DNA from: Pyrobaculum calidifontis JCM 11548
GTDB taxonomy: Archaea; Thermoproteota; Thermoprotei; Thermoproteales; Thermoproteaceae
DNA length: 32,000 nt
Assembly: GCF_000015805.1 (NCBI RefSeq)
Contig: NC_009073.1
Span: forward strand, 1,260,001-1,292,000
Direction of reading: 5' to 3'
The notes beneath the pieces are model-generated. The model was not told where the DNA came from and did not search any database. It saw only the letters and a program-made list of their open reading frames with translations. Below, piece after piece: positions 1 to 7,170 of this stretch (its first letter is position 1; each line of letters opens with the position of its first letter). A program made the position numbers and the translations under genes.

Positions 1-234
1 GTAAGAAATGTCGGAGAAGTGCCTGTTAAAATAGCTTCAGCATATGTGTTAAATGCCACAACATTAACAATGATATGTGGAGGATCTCTCACCAGCCCAC
101 AGCAAATAGACCCCGGAACTATACAAACTATAAATGTGCCGGGTACTTGTAATTTAATCGCTGGCGCCCGCTATATTGTTAAAGTGGTTACGGCGCGTGG
201 TACTGAGGCTGCGGCTACCTTTATTTCGCCGTAG
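1..234 (+). CDS. 3' end of a gene entering from the left edge; small beta-rich protein, possibly a pilin-like or accessory subunit of the adjacent pilus-like locus
   Basis: The frame is open from nt 1 (VRNVGEVPVKIASAYVL...) to TAG at 232-234. It lies directly upstream of the platform and ATPase genes. No diagnostic motif was recognised. Confidence 0.4.
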   Translation, partial: VRNVGEVPVKIASAYVLNATTLTMICGGSLTSPQQIDPGTIQTINVPGTCNLIAGARYIVKVVTARGTEAAATFISP

Positions 235-265
235 GTGTTTTAAATTCCCCTCTTTTTTTCTCCCC

Positions 266-1036
266 GTGTTTTCTTTCTTGTATGGGTGGGTTTTGTGGAT
301 TGGGCTTGGGGTTGGGGCTGTGTTGGGGGTGGTGGGGTGGCTTGGGTTTAGGAGGGCTGTGTTTGTGTACCGTCTGGAGGGGCAGATTCCGCAGGTGCTC
401 CGCATGGTGGCGGACGCGGTGGGGGCTGGGATGGGGCTGAGGGAGGCGTTTGAGGTGGTGGCGGGGATGGGGCTGTACCCGGCGAATGCGGTTTTTAGGC
501 GGGTGCTCTCGCTGGCGGAGGTGGGTGGGCTGGCGGTGGATGAGGCTCTTTGGAGAGTGGCCTCGGAGCTCCCCTCCCCCAATTTTAGGAGGTTTGCCCT
601 TATCGTGGCTGAGGGGGCGAGGAGTGGTGCTAGGCTGGGGGAGGTGCTCGGCGTGGCGGCGAGGAGCTTCGCCGTGGTGGTGGACTTTAGGCGGGAGTTG
701 TGGTCTCAGCTGAGGCCCTACGTGGCGCTTTTCTACGCCGTGGTGGCGGTGTACGTCGTCCTCGCCGACGTCTTGGTATACTTCCTACTGCCCAGCGTGG
801 CTAAGTTCTCCGCCTCCGGGGGGCCCTGGGGAGGAGTCTCCGCCTCTGTGCCCCCGAGGGAGGAGCTTGTGCCAGTCCTCTTCCTCACGGCCCTCGTCCA
901 GTCGGTGATCGGCGGCCTCATCGTGGGGAGGCTCGCGTACTTTAGCCCCCGGGCTGGGCTTCTGCACAGCGGCGTTGCGTCGGCGGCCTCGGCGGTGGGG
1001 CTAGTGGCCCCGGCGTGGCTTGGGTGGCAGCCATGA
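266..1036 (+). CDS. Single-domain TadB/TadC/FlaJ-like (T2SSF-type) membrane platform protein, copy 1
   Basis: N-terminal TM helix, then a soluble helical domain of about 110 aa (IPQVLRMVADAVGAGMGLREAFEVVA...NFRRFALIVAEGARSGARLGEVL), then 2-3 C-terminal TM helices. The ORF track starts at TTG 176, which overlaps the previous gene. The GTG at 266 sits about 24 nt downstream of TTTTAAAT (238-245), so it is preferred. Confidence 0.7.
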   Translation: MFSFLYGWVLWIGLGVGAVLGVVGWLGFRRAVFVYRLEGQIPQVLRMVADAVGAGMGLREAFEVVAGMGLYPANAVFRRVLSLAEVGGLAVDEALWRVASELPSPNFRRFALIVAEGARSGARLGEVLGVAARSFAVVVDFRRELWSQLRPYVALFYAVVAVYVVLADVLVYFLLPSVAKFSASGGPWGGVSASVPPREELVPVLFLTALVQSVIGGLIVGRLAYFSPRAGLLHSGVASAASAVGLVAPAWLGWQP

Positions 1037-2508
1037 CGTCGCCTTCCCAGATTGCAGAAGTGTTGGACGAGTACGAGGTGTCTGAGTTTGTGCATGCCGT
1101 TGTCTACGTGGATAGGGACGGGTTTAGGCGGTATAGGGCTGTGGAGCCTCCGCTGGGCGAGGAGGAGGCGGCGGCCCTCAAGAGGCTTAAGTCGGCTATT
1201 CAGAACGTGGGGGGTGTCCGCGACGGGGTGCTTAAGCTGGCGCGGGAGAGGCGGGTTGAGTACTTGGAGGAGTTGGCGAAGAGGGCGGCGTCTGAGTTTA
1301 AGATTAGGGTGGATGAGCGGGCGTGGAGGAAGGTCATGTACTACCTCCGGCGGGATCTGCTGGGGTACGGCAAGTTGGACCCCCTGTTCGCCGACCCCTT
1401 TATCGAGGATATCCACGTCGATGGGCCGGGCAGTGTGTGGATTTGGCACGCGAGGTGGGAGTCTCTGCGCACGGACGTGGCGCTGTCTGAGGAGGAGCTC
1501 GACGCCTATGTGCAGAGGCTTTCGTCGCTTGTGGGTAAGCCCGTCTCGTACGCCGACCCGGTCCTCGAGGGGATGCTCCCGGAGGGGTACCGCCTGGAGT
1601 TGGCCATTCCCCCCGTGTCGCCTAGGGGCCCCTCTTTCGTGGTTCGGAAGTACTTCGTGGAGCCCCTGACCCTGGTCGACCTTGTGAAAATGGGCACGAT
1701 ATCGGCGGACGCCGCGGCGTATCTGTGGCTTATGTTGGACTACGGGCGTAACATTGTGATTGTGGGGCCGACGGGTGCTGGGAAGACCACCTTGCTCAAC
1801 GCCCTCCTCTACTTGGTGAGGCCGGAGGCCAAGATTCTCACCATCGAGGACACTAGGGAGATTAACATTGTCCACGACCACTGGCAGGCCTTGCTCACAA
1901 GGCCGGCGAGGGGGGAGGGGGTGCGCGACGTCTCTGCGTTTGACCTGCTGGCCGTTGCCATGAGGTCACGGCCTGACTACGTGGTGGTGGGGGAGGTGAG
2001 GGGGGAGGAGGCGTACGTCCTCTTCCAGGCCTTTGGCTCTGGCCACTCGGGCGCCACCACTATCCACGCAGAGACTATCGAGGACGCGGTTAGGCGCCTC
2101 TTGACTAGGCCCATGAACGTCCCGCCGATGCTCCTCGGCCTAGCCCACGTGTTTGTGAGAATTATGCGGGTCAAGGTGGGGGAGAGGGTGGTTAGGAGAG
2201 TGGTGGAAATCGCCGAGAACATGGGCGTCTCTAGAGGCGGGAGACCCCGGCTACACTACGTCTTTAGGTGGAACCCCGAGAAAGATGCATTGGAGCAGGT
2301 GGAGGAGAGTTTGCACCTGGAGACTATATCGAGGGCGCGGTTTGTGCCGCTTGAGCAGCTGAGGGAGGAGTACCAGCGGCGGAGGAGGCTCATCTCAATT
2401 ATGGCGGAGAGGGGCTACACCTCGCCGTACGTCGTGGCGAAGATCTTCACCCGCTACCACTTAAACCCGGAGGCGGCCCTAGCCGCCGTGGAGCGGGGGG
2501 AGGTATGA
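1033..2508 (+). CDS. Type II/IV secretion (FlaI/TadA/VirB11-type) hexameric ATPase of an archaeal type IV pilus-like system
   Basis: Walker A GPTGAGKTT, then ILTIEDTREI, Walker B-like DYVVVGEVRGEEA, and a His box GHSGATTIHA. The ATG at 1033 forms an ATGA overlap with the upstream stop, so it is preferred over the GTG at 1015. Confidence 0.9.
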   Translation: MTSPSQIAEVLDEYEVSEFVHAVVYVDRDGFRRYRAVEPPLGEEEAAALKRLKSAIQNVGGVRDGVLKLARERRVEYLEELAKRAASEFKIRVDERAWRKVMYYLRRDLLGYGKLDPLFADPFIEDIHVDGPGSVWIWHARWESLRTDVALSEEELDAYVQRLSSLVGKPVSYADPVLEGMLPEGYRLELAIPPVSPRGPSFVVRKYFVEPLTLVDLVKMGTISADAAAYLWLMLDYGRNIVIVGPTGAGKTTLLNALLYLVRPEAKILTIEDTREINIVHDHWQALLTRPARGEGVRDVSAFDLLAVAMRSRPDYVVVGEVRGEEAYVLFQAFGSGHSGATTIHAETIEDAVRRLLTRPMNVPPMLLGLAHVFVRIMRVKVGERVVRRVVEIAENMGVSRGGRPRLHYVFRWNPEKDALEQVEESLHLETISRARFVPLEQLREEYQRRRRLISIMAERGYTSPYVVAKIFTRYHLNPEAALAAVERGEV

Positions 2509-3290
2509 GGCTGTTCTTCGAGCTTTATAGGCAGAGCGGCCTCGCGTTTAGCTACAGGCGCTACTTGGCCGCGCTGGTCCTTATCCCTCTGGCCTCCGGC
2601 GCGGCGGGGGGCGTGGCGGCCCTCTTCCTCCTGGGCCCAGTCGCCGCCTTGGCGGTGGGGCTCATGGCCGGGCTCTTGGCCTTCGCGGGGGTTGTGGCGT
2701 ATCCGCTCCACCTCGTCTCGGCTAGGCGGTCGCACTTTGAGAACAACTTTGTCTACACCCTGGCCGTGATGCTCCCGCTCTTCGCCGCGGGGGTGCCCCT
2801 TGGGAGAGTGATAGCTAGGCTGGCCGAGGTGGAGGCGGACAAGTACATCGCCAGGGAGTTCGCCCTGGTGACGAGGGAGGTGGTGGTGATGGGGGCCACT
2901 CCCACGGAGGCCCTCCTACACAGCGCAGAGAGGGTGCCCAGCCAGGCGTATAGGGAGACGGTGAACCTCTTGGCCAAGGCCTCCCGGGTCACGGAGCGCG
3001 TGGACGAGGTGTTGTTGGCCAGGCTGGAGTGGATGCTCAGGGGGAAGCAGGTGAAGGCCCAGTCCCTCGTGCGGTCGCTGGCCCTCCTCTTTGAGATATA
3101 CGTCGTCGCGGCGATGCTCTTGCCCATATTGGTGGCCATACTCGCCCTAGCCCTCAGCCCACTAGGCGCCCTAGAAGTGGCTGGCTTCGCACTAGACCCA
3201 GTGACTCTAATCGCCCTCACGGGGCTAATATACAGCCCACTAGTTGGAGCTGTCTTCTACATCATCTTTGATTCAAATGCAAATATATAG
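2505..3290 (+). CDS. Single-domain TadB/TadC/FlaJ-like (T2SSF-type) membrane platform protein, copy 2
   Basis: ATGA overlap with the ATPase stop. Two N-terminal TM helices, a soluble helical domain (FVYTLAVMLPLFAAGVPLGRVIARLAE...) and two C-terminal TM helices. Confidence 0.7.
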   Translation: MRLFFELYRQSGLAFSYRRYLAALVLIPLASGAAGGVAALFLLGPVAALAVGLMAGLLAFAGVVAYPLHLVSARRSHFENNFVYTLAVMLPLFAAGVPLGRVIARLAEVEADKYIAREFALVTREVVVMGATPTEALLHSAERVPSQAYRETVNLLAKASRVTERVDEVLLARLEWMLRGKQVKAQSLVRSLALLFEIYVVAAMLLPILVAILALALSPLGALEVAGFALDPVTLIALTGLIYSPLVGAVFYIIFDSNANI

Positions 3291-3353
3291 TTGCAGTATA
3301 TACAAGGATACATACCGAAACATTTTAATATATTATGATGCAAAATAAGTCTC

Positions 3354-3635
3354 ATGTGCTTGACCAGGGAGACCCTGGTCAAGTTTTATGGCTCGCTGAG
3401 CTTCTCGCTTAGGACGCTTATCCACCACCGGGTCCTCGCGGCGACGAAAAAGCCCTTCGACTACTTCCTCGTGGAGGAGCCATGGTCTGTCTATGGGGTT
3501 TTGGAGAGGGCAATGGGTGTCCACAACGCCGAGCTCTTCGTCTATATGTTGAAGCACTGGCTTGAGAAAAACGGTTGTCTCAAGTCTGTAGAAGATATAA
3601 GAAAATACCTTAGGGAGAGGGGGCTATGGCAGTGA
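3354..3635 (+). CDS. Hypothetical small protein (93 aa), translationally coupled to the KaiC-like ATPase
   Basis: ATG lies 20-30 nt downstream of an A/T block (ATTTTAATATATTA, 3321-3334). The stop overlaps the next gene's ATG by 10 nt (3626-3635). No family was recognised. Confidence 0.5.
   Translation: MCLTRETLVKFYGSLSFSLRTLIHHRVLAATKKPFDYFLVEEPWSVYGVLERAMGVHNAELFVYMLKHWLEKNGCLKSVEDIRKYLRERGLWQ
3359..3383. promoter_or_regulatory. Perfect 25-bp palindrome / 11-bp-stem hairpin (CTTGACCAGGG-AGA-CCCTGGTCAAG) followed by TTTTAT
   Basis: Read directly from the sequence. It begins 5 nt after the A of ATG 3354, about 30 nt downstream of the TATA-like block. Confidence 0.6.
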
Positions 3636-4747
3636 CTTTGCTAGATTTGGCCCTCTTAGAGCTTAGGGGCGTTACTCTTGTCTACGGCGCCGCGGGGGCT
3701 GGGAAGACCACTTTCACGGCGTGGTGGGTGCGGCGTTATGGCAAAGTGTTTTGGGTCTCGGCCTTTGAGGACGAGGCCACTTTTAGGGCGAACATGGCTA
3801 AGCTTGGCTACGAGTTTGGGGATAGGCTGGTCTTCTGGGAGGCGCCCCTCGGCGAGGCGGAGGCCTTTTTCAACGCGCTGGTAGACGCCGTGGCGAAGGA
3901 GAGACCGGAGGCACTCGTCGTGGACTCTGTCACAGCCTTTCTCCCACAGAGCGGCGTTGACCTACTTCAGAACTTGGTCTACCGCGTTGTGAGGAAGATG
4001 GGCGTGGACGTCTTTCTCACCGCTGAGGCGCACGTGGCTGAGCAGTTGACCTACCTCGCAGACAACGTGATCGAGCTCAAGTACGAGGTGTATCCCTACG
4101 GCTCTTTTAGAGAGCTTGTGGTCAGAAAGGTGCGCGGGGGGCCGGCTGGGTACACGACGCCCTTCATCATAGTAGAGGGGGAGGGCTTTGTTCCACTTGC
4201 GCCTCCCGCTGGCGGGGCGAGGCCAACGGCGCTGGAGACTGGCACTTGCATCGACAAGCTGGTCGGCGGTGTTTACAAAGGCGCCGCCACGGCCGTGGTG
4301 GGGCCTGTGGGGTCTGGGAAGACTACCATCATGCTTATGGCAGCTAAGGCGTTGATGGATAGGGGTAAGAGGGTGGCCTATGTAGACGTGGGAGGCGGCG
4401 GGTCTTTGGTTGCTGAGAAATACGGCGTGGAGACCATAGACGTGGAGCTAAACGTCACCCATCTGGTGCATACGTTACGGAGGCTAGCTGGCGTGGGCTA
4501 CGACGCCGTATTTATCCGCGGGCTTGACGCCTTTGGCAGTGCATTTGGAAGAGACGCCTTTGTCCAAGCCCTTAGATATGCGACTAGAGTTTCGCGCATG
4601 GGGCCGGCCGTTGTCGCCTCGCTGAGAAGGCTCTACGGAATGGACATTCTCTTCGATGTAGTAATACGCGTAGGAGAGGACTTCGTAGAGTCGGTGCGCT
4701 CCCCAATTGGGAGACACAGAATTTCAAAGGCCGAGTGCAAACTCTAA
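3626..4747 (+). CDS. Two-domain KaiC/RadA-like (RecA-superfamily) ATPase
   Basis: Two Walker A motifs (GAAGAGKTT and GPVGSGKTT), each followed by a hydrophobic-Asp Walker B-like strand (ALVVDSV and DAVFIRGLD). Confidence 0.8.
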   Translation: MAVTLLDLALLELRGVTLVYGAAGAGKTTFTAWWVRRYGKVFWVSAFEDEATFRANMAKLGYEFGDRLVFWEAPLGEAEAFFNALVDAVAKERPEALVVDSVTAFLPQSGVDLLQNLVYRVVRKMGVDVFLTAEAHVAEQLTYLADNVIELKYEVYPYGSFRELVVRKVRGGPAGYTTPFIIVEGEGFVPLAPPAGGARPTALETGTCIDKLVGGVYKGAATAVVGPVGSGKTTIMLMAAKALMDRGKRVAYVDVGGGGSLVAEKYGVETIDVELNVTHLVHTLRRLAGVGYDAVFIRGLDAFGSAFGRDAFVQALRYATRVSRMGPAVVASLRRLYGMDILFDVVIRVGEDFVESVRSPIGRHRISKAECKL

Positions 4748-4884
4748 CTTTTTCCTCGCCCCGCATAAGTTCTCCGCGCTTTGGCCCTGACATGGGCATA
4801 ACCTCTAACGGATGGGCCTAAGGCGCAGAGCTGAATGTATACTAGACGCGGCTATTGCTTTTAAAACCGTGGCCGCATGTAGAT

Positions 4885-5400
4885 GTGGCAACGGTTGTTT
4901 ACCCTTGGCGCGACGTTAGGGCATATGTGGAGGTTAGGCTGGAGGAGGCCCTTGCAGAGTTTGAGCTGGCTGAGAAGTTTCTCGGAGAGGGGTTGTACAG
5001 AAATGCGGCTGGGAAGGCGTTTCAGGGGTGGAAGGCGGCGTTGGCGGCGGCCGCGGCGTTGAATAGGCAGATCCTGGCGAGGCGGTTTAGCGGGCGTGTG
5101 AAGACGAGGATCGGCAAGGTGGTCGAGAGGGCGGACTGGGTCGCCGCCGTGATGCCTACTGGCCTTATGCGCGCCGTGGCTCAGATTCTCGAGGAGGTGT
5201 ACGGCTTCGAGGTGGTGGCTCTCACCGACGTGGCGTTGAACATCCACGAGTTTTACTACAACGGCGTAGACGAGGCGGGCCTTTTGAGCCGCTACGCCGC
5301 CCTAGACTTAGCCGAGGCGGACATAAGGCGGTTGATACGGGAGGGGAAGAAGTTCGTTGAAAGGCTCAAGGGCGACCTTCAACAACGCCGCGGCGGTTAA
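4885..5400 (+). CDS. PaREP1-family protein, paralog 1
   Basis: About 45-50% identical by eye to the product of 29581-30057. Shared blocks are PW.D, LAE.FL..GL.RNAAGKAFQ, AAAAAL, DW..AVMPT and ALN(I/L)HEF..GVDE. TTTTAAAA (4859-4866) lies about 22 nt upstream of GTG 4885. The ORF track starts at TTG 4855, inside the TATA region. Confidence 0.75.
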   Translation: MATVVYPWRDVRAYVEVRLEEALAEFELAEKFLGEGLYRNAAGKAFQGWKAALAAAAALNRQILARRFSGRVKTRIGKVVERADWVAAVMPTGLMRAVAQILEEVYGFEVVALTDVALNIHEFYYNGVDEAGLLSRYAALDLAEADIRRLIREGKKFVERLKGDLQQRRGG

Positions 5401-5570
5401 TTCGCTAGCCGCCCCACGAGATATCTCCCAAGGCGCAACTTGGCGGCAGGGGGTCAAATGGGCGGCGCTGGGCTGTTGAGGCGCTCTCACTGTGGTTAGG
5501 CGCGGCAGGGGCGCGGTGCAAGCGGCGGAGGTGGGTGCAGATTTTTATGTAGCACACGGTGGCTGGTGTC

Positions 5571-5858
5571 ATGAGAGTGAAGATTAGCGACTTGAGGGAG
5601 GGGGCCATAACGCCCTTTGAGGGTGTCATCTTGATACGGCTGGGCCGAGAGGTGTATGCCTACAGGGACGAGTGTCCGCACGCCTACTGCACCTTGTCAA
5701 CGGCCGGCGTAGTGGAGGGCCAGACTCTCATCTGTACGTGCCACTACTGCAGGTTTGACATACCCACGGGCAGATCCCTCACGCCAGAGCTAACCACAGA
5801 ACCCCTGGCCAGAGTCCCCGTGCGTATAGTGGGCGACGAAGTCGTGATAGAGGAATAG
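5571..5858 (+). CDS. Small soluble Rieske [2Fe-2S] protein
   Basis: CPHAYC, then 14 residues, then CTCH (CxH-x17-CxxH, with both extra cysteines of the disulfide-type Rieske signature). ATG 5571 lies about 25 nt downstream of ATTTTTATG. Confidence 0.8.
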   Translation: MRVKISDLREGAITPFEGVILIRLGREVYAYRDECPHAYCTLSTAGVVEGQTLICTCHYCRFDIPTGRSLTPELTTEPLARVPVRIVGDEVVIEE

Positions 5859-6033
5859 ACCCCAGCCGTGGAGCTGTTAATACAGTTGGGCAACGCAGTT
5901 TAAACCGTGTACCATGTGCTAAAAGTCAATTATGAAGCACTTATACGACAATGTGTAACTCTGCAATTGCTAACAAAGGATTGCTCCGCGGGTAACCTCC
6001 TTGGCGAGGGTTTGGTTGTAAAAATAGCTGGCG

Positions 6034-6885
6034 TTAGTCCGCTGTGGCGAAGTATATGAGGCTTTCTGTGCTGAAGGCTATGACTACGCCCAGTGTTATT
6101 CCTAGCCAGAACTTGGCGCTTGCCACTCCGCCGAGTTTGGCTAAGGCGTTTAAATTCACGTGCAACATGGCGTATACGATGGAGGCTGTGGCTATCGTGT
6201 TTAGGGTGGCTAGGAAGAGGCCGCTCTCTATCCCAGCGTAGTATATCGCGGCGCCTGGGATTACTGGCAGGCCCGCCAGCAAGGAGAGACCCACGGCCTG
6301 CGTTAGAGGAACGGCCACCCGCTTGTCGGCCAGGAGGGGCCCCGCTATGCCGAACCCCTCGGTGAAGTTGTGCACTGCGAAGCCCACGGTGAACAACACG
6401 GCGAGGGCCACGGCGCCTTCCAGCAGGGCGGCGGCGATGGCGAAGCCCTCTGCCACGTTGTGGACGCCGAAGGCCAGGGCCACTATGAGGGCGACGGTGA
6501 GGCTTGTGCTCCCCCGTGCGGCGTGCACTGCCCTCTCCGCCTTGGCCAGCGCCACGTAGGTCAAGGCGAGGGACGCCGTGGTGACAAACGACGCCACTAG
6601 GAACTGGTCCAGCGTCTCTGGCTTAGCCAGCTCCTCCACGTACTCAGCCGCGGCGTGCCCAGTCTCCAAGGCCAAGTAGGCCAGTATTCCCCCGGCCACG
6701 GCTTGGAGGAGCCCCACGGCGCTACCGCTCAGCTTAGACCTAGCCCACAACATGAACAAGAGGCCGAACAGCACCGTTATCCCGGCCACGAAGCCGTAGG
6801 CCAGCGGCGTGTAGTCAAACGACGCGGCATACGCTGTTAACGGTGTTGCTACAATTCCTGCCAGTATAGAGGTTCCCTTGCCCAT
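6034..6885 (-). CDS. ZIP-family (GufA/ZupT-like) divalent metal transporter
   Basis: Polytopic membrane protein with the duplicated ZIP signature HNVAEGFAIAAAL / HNFTEGFGIAGPL. Confidence 0.85.
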   Translation of the reverse strand: MGKGTSILAGIVATPLTAYAASFDYTPLAYGFVAGITVLFGLLFMLWARSKLSGSAVGLLQAVAGGILAYLALETGHAAAEYVEELAKPETLDQFLVASFVTTASLALTYVALAKAERAVHAARGSTSLTVALIVALAFGVHNVAEGFAIAAALLEGAVALAVLFTVGFAVHNFTEGFGIAGPLLADKRVAVPLTQAVGLSLLAGLPVIPGAAIYYAGIESGLFLATLNTIATASIVYAMLHVNLNALAKLGGVASAKFWLGITLGVVIAFSTESLIYFATAD

Positions 6886-6887
6886 GG

Positions 6888-6928
6888 CCCTATTCTGTTT
6901 TCCATTTTAAAGTATTAACATTGTTAAT
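6888..6928 (-). promoter_or_regulatory. ZIP gene promoter: 7-1-7 palindrome ATTAACA-A-TGTTAAT, then TTTAAAATGGAAA, then TAGGG, then ATG
   Basis: Minus-strand reading: GCATTAACAATGTTAATACTTTAAAATGGAAAACAGAATAGGGCC-ATG. The TATA block starts 26 nt upstream of the ATG. Confidence 0.6.
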
Positions 6929-7170
6929 GCTTTTAGGTAGAAGAGACTTCTACGTCAAAAAATGTAACACTTCCCCTCTAATGTCACGCGCCTGTCACTA
7001 CAAAATCGAGCCTAGAGAGGTGAAAAGATGTCCGTAATAAACCCATTCCTAACCCCTCAAAACAGCACTTCACTGGCCGTTATGAGACCTATACCTCTCC
7101 AGGTGCCCGCATAGACATCCCCGGCTGTTAAGAAAGCCGGATCAGCATTTAGACAAGGCGTCTACCCTCG

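Noticed and set aside
733-1881. 382-aa ORF on the minus strand, antisense to the platform and ATPase genes
   Set aside because: It is Arg/Pro/His/Gly-rich low-complexity sequence, typical of the antisense frame of GC-rich coding DNA. The plus-strand genes carry clear Walker and T2SSF-like motifs, and the ORF has no promoter geometry.
4122-4170. Possible C/D-box sRNA on the minus strand (ATGATGA at 4170-4164, CTGA at 4125-4122, 49 nt apart)
   Set aside because: It has no internal D'/C' boxes, no terminal stem and no kink-turn context, and it lies antisense inside the KaiC-like CDS. Other TGATGA-like hits (3336, 8597, 12128, 13822, 19518) lack a correctly spaced CTGA.
5401-5540. 140-nt GC-rich spacer after PaREP1, with a small hairpin (CCAAG-GCGCAA-CTTGG) and GCGCGG direct repeats; considered as a structured ncRNA
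   Set aside because: I could not recognise any RNA family signature (no tRNA cloverleaf, no C/D or H/ACA boxes), and the helices are short. It remains unassigned rather than called.
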